This document shows, piece by piece, positions 50,779 through 64,000 of a DNA stretch of 64,000 nt (position 1 is the stretch's first letter; each line of letters opens with the position of its first letter). Made by a program: the position numbers and the translations under genes. The DNA is taken from assembly GCA_964234715.1 (NCBI GenBank), contig OZ174280.1. The stretch is one strand, 5' to 3'. The notes below the pieces were generated by a model. It was not told the origin of the DNA, did not search any database, and saw only the letters and a list, made by a program, of their open reading frames with translations. Source of the DNA: Podarcis melisellensis (taxonomy: Eukaryota).

Positions 50779-53700
50779 TCTTAGACGCTTCACTTTTCCG
50801 CTGGTCCTACTGCTGCCATACTGCTGGGAAACAAACCATTTAAAACGATGGTTTGATGTTACTTGCAAACTTCACCACTGTTCGTCTGCTATAGTGATAG
50901 CACAAAATCTTGTTAGTGTTGGTTTTTCTTGCATAGTAACATTGGCCTCAATTTTATTTGGAGACCAAATTTCAGTTTGGGCTTTACAAGCATTATAAAT
51001 TTACTTTGAATTGCATCTGAAACATGCTTAGTCTTGTAAAATGTTATATCTGGAAACAATTACGTGCTTCAATATGAACAAATCTAAAAAGATAAACATT
51101 GTAATACCTGTATTTTCTAATTTGCTGATATACCCAGAATATCATTCTATCATAGTAAAAAAAGAATACCTACATTTAGTCCTCTTGTTACATCTGTCTA
51201 TAATGCATTTGTCCTTACGTTTCAATGTTTAACTCAATGTTTTTTTCTTTCAATGCAAATTTTGAAAGATTTCAAACTTAATGAAAGTAATGATACTAAT
51301 AGTGCAATCCTGTTCATGTCCTTTCAGTCCCGTTAATTTCCGTGAGACTTGCTTCCAGGTATAGGATTGCTGCCATGTATAATCTGAGGCTGTGATTTTA
51401 ATTGCCACTTCACTGTGACCCAATAAAGTTAACAAGCCTCCACCAAATACCTGCTTTGAGTATTATTGTAATAGAAGACAAGATATAAATATTAAATCTA
51501 ACAGAAAGTGGTCATTTGAACTGCCCGTGAACAATGCTGTAAGAGCCTGGGTTAATTCCAGTTCTTTTTTCCTCTTAATTTTGGGACCATAATTATTTAA
51601 AGTATACAGAATTCTCCTGTCATGAACATGACCCTGGAGCCAATCAGTATTCCTTCTTTCAGTGTTCAGACTTGCAGAATATTATGTATATAGCCAAAAC
51701 AGTAGACACACGCAAAACAACAACAGCACACAGGAAATATTGGGGGAACCCTGAAGTTTTTACGGGGGGGGGGAGCAAGTGGGTGGGAATTAAACAGCCC
51801 CTCAAAAAAGGATGAATGATTGGAACAGTAAACAAACACTCTGCAGTACAACACCTTTTTGTTGGTCCTACTTGTTTCTTGCTAATAGTCATGTTTCTGT
51901 GTCTTCTTGACTCAGCTGATACCAAGTTATAATACAACATTCCTTCTGAAGATTGAGAGACTTCCTTTTTTCTGCTGACAGCTGTAAGCTTTATTCGCAA
52001 ATGACTGAGTCACTCATTCCTTAACCCATTTTCACTACTGTAGCCAGTTTGCTACTACTAAATTAATTATTGGACTATTTGGTTATTTATTTAAATTTAT
52101 ATCCTTCTCTTTCCTGAGGACAGGGCAGGTAGCAATTAAAACATGCACATGTGCAGTCTTTCCTAAATTATAATTACCCTATGTTTCCTTAAGCTTAGAA
52201 TGTTTTACATTCAGGTTCTGAATTTGATGGACCTCCAGGTGAAGTGAGACCTTCAGTTATGAGGACAGCCATGGAACACCTCTCTGTGTCCTGGCGGTGT
52301 AAACTTGGCATGTGGATTTATACAGCCATGAAGGCCATGGTCAATTGAAATTAATGCTTATGACAGCACAAGGAAAGGAAGTTGGTCTCAGGGATGTAGG
52401 GCTCAAGCTAAGCCCTTTATAGGTTAAAAAACAGCACTTAGGCTCTCATTTGAATGACTCTTTTATTTAGATTACATTATTTGCCTTGTTTACTAAATAG
52501 ATTGCATTCAGATTTCAAGAGTGTGAGTGTGGCTAATTCGTTTTCTACATTTACGAGATAAAAAACAGAGCTTCATGCTCTAGTAAGTTAGATTTTTTTT
52601 AAAAAAAAATCTTATTAACATGTCCTGCAACAAATTGGTAAGTCCTAGGCCTAAACACTGCCCCCCACCAAAGCTCTTGCTCTTTTAAGCTATGAAAGTA
52701 GATCAGTAATAACACCTGGTGGTAGAAGCCCATAAGATTTGTTCCCTACTTTCAGGTTTAAAATTTGGACTACATGAGGTTATCTTTGAGCAGTTTTTAT
52801 GCTTTTAAAAGACAGCCTTCCTTCATATCCCCCAACTCTTCTGTGTATTCCACAGAGGAGATATTGGATGTTCTCAGCTGTCTAATCTGTTCTGTCAGCT
52901 ATGTACTTCTGTAAAAGAACAAAACTTAATATCTTTTATTTAACAGAATAACATTGACTTATGCATTTTCACTGGATAATATTTCACTTGTTTCCTCTAC
53001 AATCAAATCGCCAGACAAGCCTCTTGCCAAGCTACAACAAAAATTGTTGAGAGGCCAAAAACCACAGCCAGTCTTTTAATAGCTGCATCGTATACACAAA
53101 GGAATATGCCAACAGTGAAAGCTCAAAATTGGCTCATAGCTGCTAAATTGAAGTGAATGGAAGCTTTCCATTGGGTCCAGTGGGGCACAGCGATCTTGAT
53201 TGGCTTTTGTTAGCAGCTGGAATGGGTTACAGGGCCTGCTTTCCAGAAGCTTTGAATGTCCCAGTGAGAAACAGGATTACTATTATTTGAACTTGTTTAT
53301 GTGGTTGCTTAACCTGAAGAGATAGAAGCCAGTTGAATGGCAATCTTAGATTTCTTTGCAAAAACAAGAAGTCATTAGCAATATGCAAGGAAAGGAGCCT
53401 GTGTAGAATTGGGTGCTCTGTTCTCATCTCTGTTCCCTTTTTCACTGCCAACATAAGCAGGAAGCAAGAGGAATGTACCCTCTGTGTCTCCATCCCTCCA
53501 ATGTTCATATGATGGAGTCTTGCTGAGGGCACTTTCTTAGACCTGAAGTAACAATACAAAGATCCTTCGATCTGAAACAATACAAAGCAATCACCTTAGG
53601 TGGCAGCTCTAATTCACATATCACAAAATACCAGTGTAACAAATTGTCATCCTATCATCAGCTACTCCATGTGTTCTTGCATATTTATTTTGAAGCACTG

Positions 53701-55131
53701 GGTTCATTTGGAGATTATACTGGTAGGGCAGCTAGACCTCTGAATTCCAACAAATGAATTCACATAATTGCATGACAACTGCTTTTGTAACAGGAATAAA
53801 TCCCTTTACTGTTTTGTCGAAGGCTCGTTAAGTTACACAAGAATTAAATTAATACACAGCTGCTGAGCATCTCAAATTTATAAACACTAGAAGCTTCTGC
53901 TTATCTGTGAGAAAATGTATATGGCTTGGAGATGTGTAATGAATAATAGCCTACATTTGAACTATGTGAAATAGTCTCCCACAAGCTGGATGTGCAGGGA
54001 TGAAAGGTGCTGTTTTCTTGCCTTACTAACCTACATCTTAATCTGTAATATTAATTTGAGAGACGACACTTGTAATTTACAGGTTAGCTTCTGTGTGTAA
54101 TTCCTGGATATGAAGAATGAGCCTTTGATTAAAAGTATCATTAATATAGTAGTGGAGCTGTGAAGTTACTTGGAATGAGAGCTAACTTTAGAGTTAGCTG
54201 AGTCAAACTGTTCTATGTCAAGGCAATTGAAGATAGCATGGCTGTCTCCCTCAACATTAATCCATTTGCATAGCTAAAATACTATTTCAAATGGCAACTT
54301 TCTAGACTGTATTTTCTGATGTGAAGAATGGCAAAAGGTCCCAGTGGATTATAGAAGGCAATTAGGAGAAAGGATGGTCCATTGTGTAAAATAGTATCTG
54401 TGCTGAATATGAGAAGGTTGAACGGGGTCACCAGGGCCTACAGTTTTTTCTCTCGTAAAGTCGAAGCAAAGATTAAGGCACTATTAAGTGAATATAGCTA
54501 ATGGCTTGAAAACCTTTGTTTCTGCACTAGCTCTGCCTCGCTTCCATATTTAAGTTAGTTATTTTTGCTGCCATAGAAGCCTTATTCCATGATTTGCCTA
54601 TCTCTAATAAGGGTAGTCCTGAAGTACAGAATGCCTAAGACTGACTGAACTGTTTAAAGACAAAACTGTAAAAAAGCTAGCATTCTTAACAAGCCAGGGT
54701 TTCATAGAAATGTATTTCTTTGTGTACCTTTCCCCCATCAGCTCCTCAGCTGAATTTTTCTTCTAGGCATATTTTGGTGAATCCAGCCATTTCTCTTCAC
54801 AATCTTTTATTTTTAAAGCATCTGCATCTTTCTGGAGAATTCAGATTCCCCCCCCCCCCCATTGTCATATGTATACCTTTTTTGCATATTTAAAGTTCAG
54901 AGTTTCTCTTCTTTTGAAAAAAAAAAAAAGAAATGTATTTAGAAAGTTTAACAATAAAAAGAACTATATTGTGCATCTGTTTTTTCCCCGGCCAAGCCTA
55001 ATCTGTTTTGATTCCTAAATTATTCCACTTATATTCAATGAAGGCCAGTCAAATATGTCAGCAGAATACATCTTGAATGAGTGTGTTAACTTTAGCATTA
55101 AGCTTAATTGTAGCCTTTTCTTTTCTTTCAG

Positions 55132-55227
55132 TTCTTTGGAACTCTTTTGTCACCCTTGAGCTTCATGATGGAGAAGATTGAGCGCCTCATGCCTACTGGT
55201 CTTTGGCATCAGCTGACCCAAATCTGA
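55132..55227 (+). CDS. ST7L: ST7L terminal coding exon 15 (FFGTLLSPLSFMMEKIERLMPTGLWHQLTQI*)
   Basis: ttttctttcag acceptor, phase 0, TGA at 55225-55227; resembles the ST7-family C-terminus ending LWHQLTRI. Confidence 0.9.
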   Translation, partial: FFGTLLSPLSFMMEKIERLMPTGLWHQLTQI

Positions 55228-55513
55228 GTGAACTCAGTCCTTGGGTCAGTGTTCTCAGGAACTCCACCACCAACACCCTCTCTAGCACAAAAGCATCTGC
55301 AGCTGCGGGTGTCAAGGAAGACAAACTCCGTGACTTAGTTTTGTTTTGCATCCTGTTACTGGTGCTTAAAATTGCTGTACCCCTTTTTAAGCCTTAGAAT
55401 CTATAACGATTTAAGAACACCATGTTTGGTGGGACGGGGAGGGCAAGAGTGTTGTGCTCACTTTAGCTGTACAATTTGAGATTACTGCTTTCTTTCCAGA
55501 AATTCCAGAAAGC

Positions 55514-55581
55514 AATAAATCTGATAGACTGTGTGTTGAAATTGCCTTCTGCGTGTAAATGTTTTTTTAACAAAAAATAAA
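55514..55581 (+). terminator. Candidate ST7L polyadenylation signals (AATAAA at 55514 and 55576)
   Basis: Two AATAAA hexamers ~290-350 nt after the stop codon, each followed by GT-rich sequence. Confidence 0.6.
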
Positions 55582-57463
55582 GCCTGCAGGAGTGGTGTTG
55601 GAATCACTGGGCATTTGCTGAGGCCCACACCCAAGTAGCCCACGGACAACAGCCAGAGAATCCTAGTCCTGCTGCTCCTGCATCTTGCCGTCGCTGCTTG
55701 TTCACCTGTCCTCTCCCGAGCAAATGATAAATTACAGGAGCAGCCATTCACCTTGTCATTCTCCTATTATATTGCCGTAACTGTGCAGGTTAGGCCCAAA
55801 GCAAGAAAGCAGGTGAATGGATAGCAGCACAGAGGAGGTGGAACCACTGAGGATTTCTGCTCATGCAACAAAATCTTCCTGCTTTCCTCCTCCTGTGTGC
55901 CCCCTAAATCTATTCTGAGGCTTCCCCCAAACCTCTGGAGCAGATTGAAGGAGGGCACAAGGTATGCACAGGGAAAGTGGGAGTTCAGTACCACAAGCAG
56001 AAATCCCTGTGCTGGTGGGACAAATTACTGGGTTCCACCCCCTGTTCTAAAACACCCTGAGTATATGACCTCTCAGATTGGTCACCACATTCTTGTGATA
56101 CTGATTTTTAACGAGCTTACAGCTACCTTGCAGAGTACATGGATTCATGACCCATGATGCTACCTCACCCTTCAAGATGGGGCAGGGTAGAAATTCATGA
56201 TCATCACATTGCTGTGGTCACTTACATGTTCTTCAATCCAAATTATATTCTATTACAAATATGTCTACCCCAGCAACTGGTCCAGGTCCTCCCTCTTCTA
56301 AGGGATTAAATTAGCTGAATTGTTTTTTTCACATTTACCATTCAGTGAGTCATAAATCAGAGCTTAACAAGTGGGCTTTGTCACTTGTGCTTTCAACTGT
56401 TTCTGGGATTGCTTAACTTTGTAGTGCTTGATGGAGACTGATACCTTGGGAGGAATTTATTCTAATTGCAGCAGACAAAATTGATGCTTGCCTTGACCTA
56501 TGATCATACAGAAGCATTAACACAGCTCAGATCTGATATCCCAACCCCCTGTTCTGACTTTGTTCCAAATGGCAGCTTTCTGGGGGTAAACTGTGAAGCC
56601 TAAACTTTTAAATGATGGCACTGTGACTTTGGATGGCACATGCGTTTCTCAGTTTGCAATTAGAGGCATTGTCAAAGCACACTCCCATCTATTCTAATGA
56701 GGGAACAATGCTTCAGCAAAAGATGCATAGCCCCCACAATGGAAAGAAACATGTATATCTGTCTTCAGTGAGTCCTTGCACAGAGGTTGGCTGTTGATCT
56801 TGAAGCATGAGATAGTACCACTTCCCAGATGATTTATAGACCATGGGTCCCCTGCCTGTTGAGACATTGATTTTAAATGTTGCCAACACTTATGGTCTCA
56901 CCCCATTCCATATATTAATTCTGAAAGGCCGGGAACAGCTCAAAATCCGGAAGCCCATTCTCAGTTACATTTTGTGCTTTCCCCCATTTTAGAGATACAT
57001 ATATTTTCAATAGAAGGCACATGGCAACCTTATCACCTACCACCCCATCTATACTGATACTTGCGTTCATATATGACAACACAGGAAAGCAAGAGATACA
57101 AATTGCTGGAACTATTCAGCTACCAGGAGGTAACTCTCTACGTTTTCTTCCAAGTGAACGTAAGCCACAGGGGCTGTTTCTCACGCTGGTATCGCTGTGA
57201 TGATTAATAGACTTGTTGTGCTCATGCAGTTTCACTTCACCATCCACAGGGGCCCATAAGGTAAGCGATATAATGCTTTTTAAAGTTGAACCTTTTCCAG
57301 CATATGTGTGGGGTTATAAATGAAGCACAGCCTCCCATGTATCACTCCCTAGAGCTGGTTTTTCTCACTGTCTCTTCTTTGACATGAGTGAACTAGAGTA
57401 GGATGAGCTTGTGGTGAATGTAGTCCTGGCAGCAATTCTTAGCCTATTTGGCTCCCATAAGAC

Positions 57464-57465
<2 letters not shown>

Positions 57466-57508
<43 letters not shown>
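57466..57508. repeat. (TG)n microsatellite
   Basis: Direct reading. Confidence 0.95.
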
Positions 57509-57512
<4 letters not shown>

Positions 57513-58007
57513 CTTCTGCTATCTGGTAAAACACGTTGCCATGTTTATCCACATTGTTCTATGACATACTCAGTTGTGCACACTGAAATGTGGAGCAACT
57601 GGCCCAGCTGAGAATGGTGCTAAAAAGCCAGAGATCATTTTAACCAATGTGTAATCCTTCTTTATGAATGTTCCAAAACTACATTCCAGTTCCAATGCAA
57701 TTCTCTGTGCCCTGGGGTAGCTTTTAGCTCTCAACTGCTTGATCTGACATATATTTACTTGGAATTAAACCCCAAAAAGTTTGATGTGACTTGCCCCCAG
57801 TTAAGTGTGCACAGAATTGTAGCTTTTCTTCTTCCTGGAGACTTAGTTCCTTCTATCATTTCATGTTGCTTTGGCAATGCCTTTCAATTGCAACTTAGAA
57901 ATGTATGCATAGCATTCACATTGTGCTCCTCACTGAGAGTAGAATTGGCTTTTAAAAAAAGTCTTTGCTTAATTTTGCAGTCCTTGCTTTTTGATATGTA
58001 AGTTTCT

Positions 58008-58283
58008 GAGAGCCAGTGTGGTGTAGTGGTTAAGAGCAGTAGTCTCGTAATCTGGGGAACCAGGTTCACGTCCCTGCTCCTCCACATGCAGCTGCTGGGT
58101 GACCTTGGGCCAGTCACACTTCTTTGAAGTCTCTCAGCCCCACTCACCTCACAGAGTGTTTGTGGGGGAGGAAGGGAAAGGAGAATGTTAGGCGCTTTGA
58201 GACTCCATAAAGGGAGTGAAAGGCGGGATATCAAATCCAAACTCTCCTCCTCCTCCTCCTCCTCCTCCTCTTCCTCCTCCTCA
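58008..58283 (+). mobile_element. Squam3-type tRNA-derived SINE with a (TCC)n tail
   Basis: GAGAGCCAGTGTGGTGTAGTGGTTAAGAGC tRNA-like head, gggtgaccttgggccagtcac core, trinucleotide tail. Confidence 0.82.
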
Positions 58284-59854
58284 CCACCAGTAAATTCTAG
58301 CATTTGGTAAGGTGCTTTGCCATGATGTATTTCCAGTGCCTCATGCTTAAGATTTACTTCCTGGTGATGTGTGTTACTGTACAAGTGTTTACCTTGATTC
58401 TTGTTGTTCTTCTGGTGAAGATGCTGAAGCTCTGAGTTGGCAATATAAGGAAAAGGAGTTCCACCATTTTGCAGGACAGCTTCTGAAAGTGCCTTTCTGC
58501 TTCACTTTGATAGTCAGACTTAGCACCCCATAAAGGCAAAGGCATACTTTGGGTTGACACTGGAAGTACCGGTAGCTAAGAAATATAAGGGGGTAAAGCA
58601 GCCTGTAAGTATGCAGGGTTCAGAAGTTTAGGACTTGTAAGTTTAAAACAGCACCCTGTATAAGGCCTGGAAGATACTAGGGAACCATGGTTAATGCCAC
58701 AACACTGATGCCATTAGCTCTCAGCAACCTTATTTGAATGCCTGCCAGGTGGTCTTATCAGCACACGCAGGGTCAAAGATACAAAGGGTTGCTAAAGGAT
58801 CTAATGGGCCATGCAGCACCAACTCCCATACCGTGAACAGCAATCGGAAAATGGGGATCAGGTTGTTCTCTGCTGGTTACTCTTAACTCATAGTATTCTT
58901 CCCTTACCCTACTCAGTATAGTGGTCAGTTCAGATAATACCAAGAATGTTCTTTCTTTTAAAAAAAATTGATAACCAAATAATCCAAGCCAACTGGGCTG
59001 TTTTTTTGCAGTGTTTTCAGGCAGCCAGTCATCTCTGGATGAAGTTCCTCCATGAAAGAGCTTCATGATGCAGTTTTGCTTGAAACTAAATTCTGTTTTA
59101 TTGGATCTAATTTAAAGTTGGACAGTTTTATTTATTCTTCTCCTGCATTTAGGAATTATTGCAAAGGTGCCAAGACTTGCGGATTCGTGACTCCAAGCAA
59201 GGCTGGGTTCAGAGGTCACAGTCAAGACCATTAATAACAAGGTGCAAACGGCTGGTTTATATGTAATGTGAAGCTTTTTACTTATTTCATTTATGCACTT
59301 CGGGGGCTCTGTTTGCTTACGGAGCACTTGGTGTCTGGTACTTATTTAGGAGATTGGGTTCATACAGGCCTTTGAAGGAATGCAGCAAATTGTTCTCTAG
59401 TGTTGTAATTCTGCGGTGGTAGCTGAACTTATTTGTCTCTGCTTATTACATATGTGCTGAGCCTGAAGGTTATTCTTCACTTAAGAAGCAATTGTTGAAT
59501 CCACAGAATTGCAAGCTGGAAGGGGTGTTTTACATGTCCGCCTTTCATATGGAGGATAGCAGGCCTTTAGCTGGGAAGCCTGAAGAACTCAAATTAGTAG
59601 AGTGCCCTCCAGTGATGAGATATTTACATGGTTCTCATGACTATCAATAAACATTACTCCTCATTTCAATGATGGGATGGTATCAAGGAGTTGTAGACTG
59701 TGATTTGCTGATAGAAAAAGAATTGTAACCATTGTGTTCACAGAGTTTCATTGTATGCTGTACATACAGTGGAGTACAGGGTTGAGAATCAGGTTTGCAC
59801 GGTCCCACTGCAGGTAAGCTGTAAGTTTCCTGAAGCATCATCTGTCAGGCAGAA

Positions 59855-60080
59855 CGGTGGTACCTCTGCTTATGAACGCTTCTGGTTACAAATGCTTCAG
59901 GTTACGAGCTCCGCTAACCTGGAAGTAGCTGCTCCTGGTTGCGAACTTTGCCCCAGGATACGAACGGAAATCGCGCGGTGGAGGTGCATGTGCAGCAGGA
60001 GGCCCCATTAGGATAAGAATGGTTTCAGCTTAAGAACAGATCTGCAGAACGAATTAAGTTTGTAACCAGAGGTACCACTG
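59855..60080. mobile_element. Tc1/mariner (Tigger-like) MITE
   Basis: CGGTGGTACCTCTG...CAGAGGTACCACTG|TA. Confidence 0.82.
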
Positions 60081-62394
60081 TACACATAATATGACAACAG
60101 TATTCGAGTGGATCCTGCATTGTAGGTTCTACATGGAGTGAGAGTCTTGGGCATGTGCTCAGTGGGCCTTGTATCAATGTTGGTAGGCAATCAATTTGGA
60201 AATCTCACATCCTCCACTGCACCAGGGGGCATCAGGCTAACTTGGAAGAACAGAGCCATATGGCAAATACAGCTCTGTCCTCCAAACACCTTGCTTTCAC
60301 TTCCTGCTCCCCACTCCTGCCACCTGAAACTGCTGCCTCAGTCTGCATAATAGTGGGACTAGGCCTGCTGCTTTACTTATTTTCTCAAAGTAGCACCAAA
60401 ACTCAGCTTGCCTCAAGAAAGCACCTTGGAAGAATTCAGCTGCTGGCAATTTCTCAACACAGGCAGCAGTGGCCCTGGTGTAAATTGTCCATTGCATCAA
60501 ACCTGAATTAAAGAGGTGAAATAGTTTTCTCATACTTTGCTCTCTTTTTCAAAAATTTCCACCACCTTGCCCAGCACTACTTCAAGAAAGAAGCAAGCTA
60601 ACATTAATTTACCTCACAAAGACCCACTGATGGGAGTTGTCGTTCAAAACTTCTAGAGGACACTGTCCCACTTACATTCTTCTGTGGGACTTGCCAGTCA
60701 CACTAGGAATTGTGCTGTACTGCCCTTTGAAAAATAGTCGATACCAATACTGTATTCTCTTGCATTTCTTTGTGAGAATGCAAAAGGTTTCTCACACAGA
60801 GGCCTCATGGATATTTCTGCGTGTAATAGTATCCTCATGCATTTGCCAGCACCAGCCAATGTGTCCAAATTGAAATTCCTGAATCTGTAGACTCTGCTTA
60901 TGCAATCTGTTTTCTCTCATAGGCTATTTATAAATGAATACAAGTTAACTGCATAAAAACAAAATCGCGCTATCTTACCTGAAGCTATTGCTGATTAACA
61001 AATTAAGTACTGGTTTACTGTCTACAGGTTTGATGTCTGCATTGACTGTTCCCCTCACCCCCTTTCAGTCTTGCTGCAGCCAACTGGAGGACTGTCGCAT
61101 TTCCCTGCCTTGAATCATCAGCCAAGATTTTAAGACAACAATTCCATCCCCCTCTTTCCACAGCAGTCACCGCCCCTGGCTGCTGCTGGCTGGGTCAGTC
61201 TGGCCTGTCTCCTGTGCAGTAATAATGCACTTGAAGGCCGTGTCTAAAAAATCCTCTCCCACACAGGTCGTGGCAGGTTAGACAAATATTAGTTCAAATG
61301 TCCCATAAATTGTCCCCAAGGGGCTGGACCAGCAGCCATCCCTTTTCATTGCACAGATCTAACCCCCCTCAAGGGGAAAATTAGCAACTATTAGCATGTG
61401 TGAGGCAGAATTCCTGCTGTGGGTGGAAAGCTGTTAAGAAATGCTTAAGAGAGCGGGCTGTTAATATGTACACCACACTGATGTGGTGATTTAGTAGTAG
61501 CAACCCTTGCAAAGGCAGAGACTTATTTCAGTGACTTTTTAAAATTATTATTTGAACAAGGACCCAAGGGCTTATGTGCACATTCCAGTAGCAATGGACA
61601 CATGTTAAGAAAATTCCAGTAGGATTGTTTTATTTTTACTCAGAGGTTTCTTCTACACACACACACACACACAGTCACCGTCTCCCTCTAATAGTGACTA
61701 AATCAGAGGGTGAATGCCAACAGGATTGTAGCTAAAACAGGCACACTGAAAAAGAAAAGGGAGATAGCAAAGTGACTGGTAAAGCCCTAGGGTTTGCAGA
61801 AATAAAAAAAATGGGGGTGGGCAAAGATGGCACCCTCCAAAAAAAAGTCTAGCCCAATAATGACAGAGCTTATAAGTGGCCATGGAATGCTGACTGGAGT
61901 GCGGAGACAAATACTGGGGAAGAATAGGCAAATGGAATGGAGATTCCTAGAAGGCATGGCTGACCAGAGCCATGGGCAAGAGTCCTCCATGCTGCAACTT
62001 TTTTTTTGTAATTTCTACTTCTGACTATTCCTCAAACACTGTATGTTGACAGCTCACTAATTCCCCAGTTGAATGGTTGTAAACAGTTAAATGGACTGCA
62101 TGATGCCAAAGGCACTAAATAACTTCCTGTTTTAAAACTAAAAAAGGATGGCAGTTTGTCATTGCTATAGTAAATTACTACGAGAAATAAAAATGAGCAG
62201 CATCAAATGTTCTTAATGTGGATTTTATTCCCCTCCTCCTTTTGTAATTTTAATCTTGAATATATCCAGGTGTGAGCCTTTAAACTTTGCTGAGAATTTC
62301 TCATCCCTCTCTTCCATTTGATCCTGTACTTCCGCAAGCACAGAGAATTTTTGTAGGTTAAACTTTTTTGCTGGCACAGATTAAACAGGCGGGT

Positions 62395-62525
62395 AATTCC
62401 CTCAACCGTTCCTCATAAGGCTTGGATTCCAGACTGTTGATCATCTCAGTCATGCTCCTCTGCACACGCTCCAGCTTGCCAATATACTTCTTAAATGGTG
62501 GTGTCCAGAACTGGACACAGCAAAA
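62395..62525 (-). mobile_element. CR1 LINE ORF2 C-terminal fragment
   Basis: Translates CVQFWTPPFKKYIGKLERVQRSMTEMINSLESKPYEERLREL, a hallmark CR1 motif. Confidence 0.85.
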
Positions 62526-63920
62526 GTACAACAGGAATGAAGGACACACCAATGGTTTTGCAAGGAGCATAATCGAATATCCTTGTCCATCAAGGAAGAT
62601 ATCCAGCAACATAAATTGCTAATGCAGATATAGACTAATGAAATAATCCCCATCTTCATCATATTGTTCATCTGAGACTTAATGAGCTGGTCTGATGAAT
62701 CATTGGATACATATTTACATGTTTGTCTACCACTGGACTCAACAGTTGTTTATGAGACTAGCTGCCCATGACAACAGTGGGATTGGAGCCATAATTTATG
62801 TTTAGGCTTACTACTACTCTGCAGAAAATCAAATCAATAAGCTTTTCCTAGCATGCAGAGAAGCAACAGTGAGGAAAGCTTCTGCTTCTAATTCAGCGTC
62901 TAATTTTTGTCTGTTGGGCACTGTGCTTTAAACAGCTGCACATGTTTATAAAAGAAGCTGGCAACTTTATCAAGAGGTGCCCATGCTGTGGCCCACGTTT
63001 GGCTTCACTCATCTTCTGCTCTGAAAGACTGCATCTGCATCTTCCTGACTTGTATCCCACACGTTCTGTTTCAGATGGAATTGGTGTAATTCACTGCAAC
63101 TGTTCCATCCCAGTTCTCTGTGATCCATTCTTAAACCAATTAACTCTCCCGCTAGCCTTCTATATCATACATGGCAGATTTAAAGATTATTAGAACATGA
63201 TCTTCTGTGGAGATTCTTCTAGACACAATACACATCACTTAGGAAGGGTTTGTGAGTGGAACAGAATCCTTGACAAGGCTCATCCCCTTTTAAAAGCTCC
63301 ACTAGATAGAAAACATCTGCTTTTTAAAAGAGAAATGTGCACGTTCAGTGGAAAATTGAGTACAGCAGATACATTATGTAAGAGAGCACGTAGGGAGTTC
63401 TGAATGTTATTAGATTTACCAATTAAGGGAGTCCTTTTAAAAGGGATGGCTAATTTGTCCCTTCTGCCTCCCCCTTCCAATAGTAGAAGCAAATTTATTG
63501 GACAAAGTTAGCATTTGAATATACAAACCTACCTTGTGTGGGAAGACCATTAGCCTGTCTACTTTCAGTTTTCTGAGAGCCCAACTTGGCAGGGTGTTGA
63601 AGATCTGTGATTGGATTTCCTATCTCATTATCAGTGTTATTTTTCCAGAAAAAGAAGTGCTGGAACTCACCATGAAACCCTCCTCTTTCTCTCAGAATGG
63701 CAATTGTGCCCACCAGAGAGGTGCTGGAAGTGAGTTCTGGCTGAAAGAAAGCCCTGTTCATCATTATTATTTGTAAAAATGAGCTGGCTGGGGAGGGACA
63801 ACTGATCAAGACTGTATATTAGGGCAATGGTGAGTTTAACTATTTCCCTGCTGTGTAATTTCCCTATAGAAACCACTCTTCCCACCCACCTGATTAAGGA
63901 AATTGTATGGCACACATGAA

Positions 63921-64000
63921 GGGACGCGGGTGGCGCTGTGGGTAAAAGCCTCAGCGCCTAGGGCTTGCCGATCGAAAGGTCGGCGGTTCGAATCCCCGCG
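63921..64000 (+). mobile_element. Sauria SINE 5' end, cut by the window edge
   Basis: GGGACGCGGGTGGCGCTGTGGG...GGTTCGAATCCCCGCG with CpGs intact. Confidence 0.9.

Larger units (their letters stand above)
15147..55227 (+). other. ST7L: ST7L gene span (suppressor of tumorigenicity 7-like), 15 coding exons, 579 aa
   Basis: 15 GT-AG exons total 1740 nt with continuous phase. ST7-family motifs [61 protein letters not shown]7L-type residues and divergent linkage to CAPZA1. Confidence 0.95.

Noticed and set aside
58008-58080. tRNA-like sequence (also the SINE heads at 29360 and 63921)
   Set aside because: These are SINE heads continuing into SINE body and tail; no complete cloverleaf
57884-58384. 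166-aa ORF with a poly-Glu run
   Set aside because: Antisense reading of the Squam3 SINE and its (TCC)n tail

Overview
Vertebrate nuclear DNA, almost certainly from a lacertid lizard (Podarcis/Lacerta-like), judged from the Sauria-type and Squam3-type SINEs. Two spliced genes lie head-to-head around a CpG-rich bidirectional promoter (~13.6-15.65 kb). CAPZA1 is on the minus strand: coding exons 1-8 at 14127->1425, with the last exons left of the window. ST7L is complete on the plus strand: 15 coding exons, 15147->55227, 1740 nt, 579 aa. Exon boundaries were read by hand; all are GT-AG and all phases chain. The rest is intron or intergenic DNA with squamate repeats (Sauria SINEs, Squam3 SINE, mariner/Tigger-like and hAT MITEs, L2/CR1 fragments, a Penelope-like inverted repeat, an RTE-derived element, a solo LTR) and microsatellites. 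By mammalian synteny WNT2B should lie tail-to-tail beyond the right edge; no WNT2B coding exon is visible. I found no wholly new multi-gene system. The best leads are: an atypical shifted-register 5' splice site in CAPZA1, a minimal hammerhead-ribozyme motif in the Penelope-like repeat, a sense solo LTR with a polyA signal just after ST7L exon 6, an ST7-like C-terminal exon in ST7L, and hairpin MITEs carrying the ACTACAATTCCCA promoter motif. Repeat family names and homolog comparisons are from recognition or memory, not database searches.
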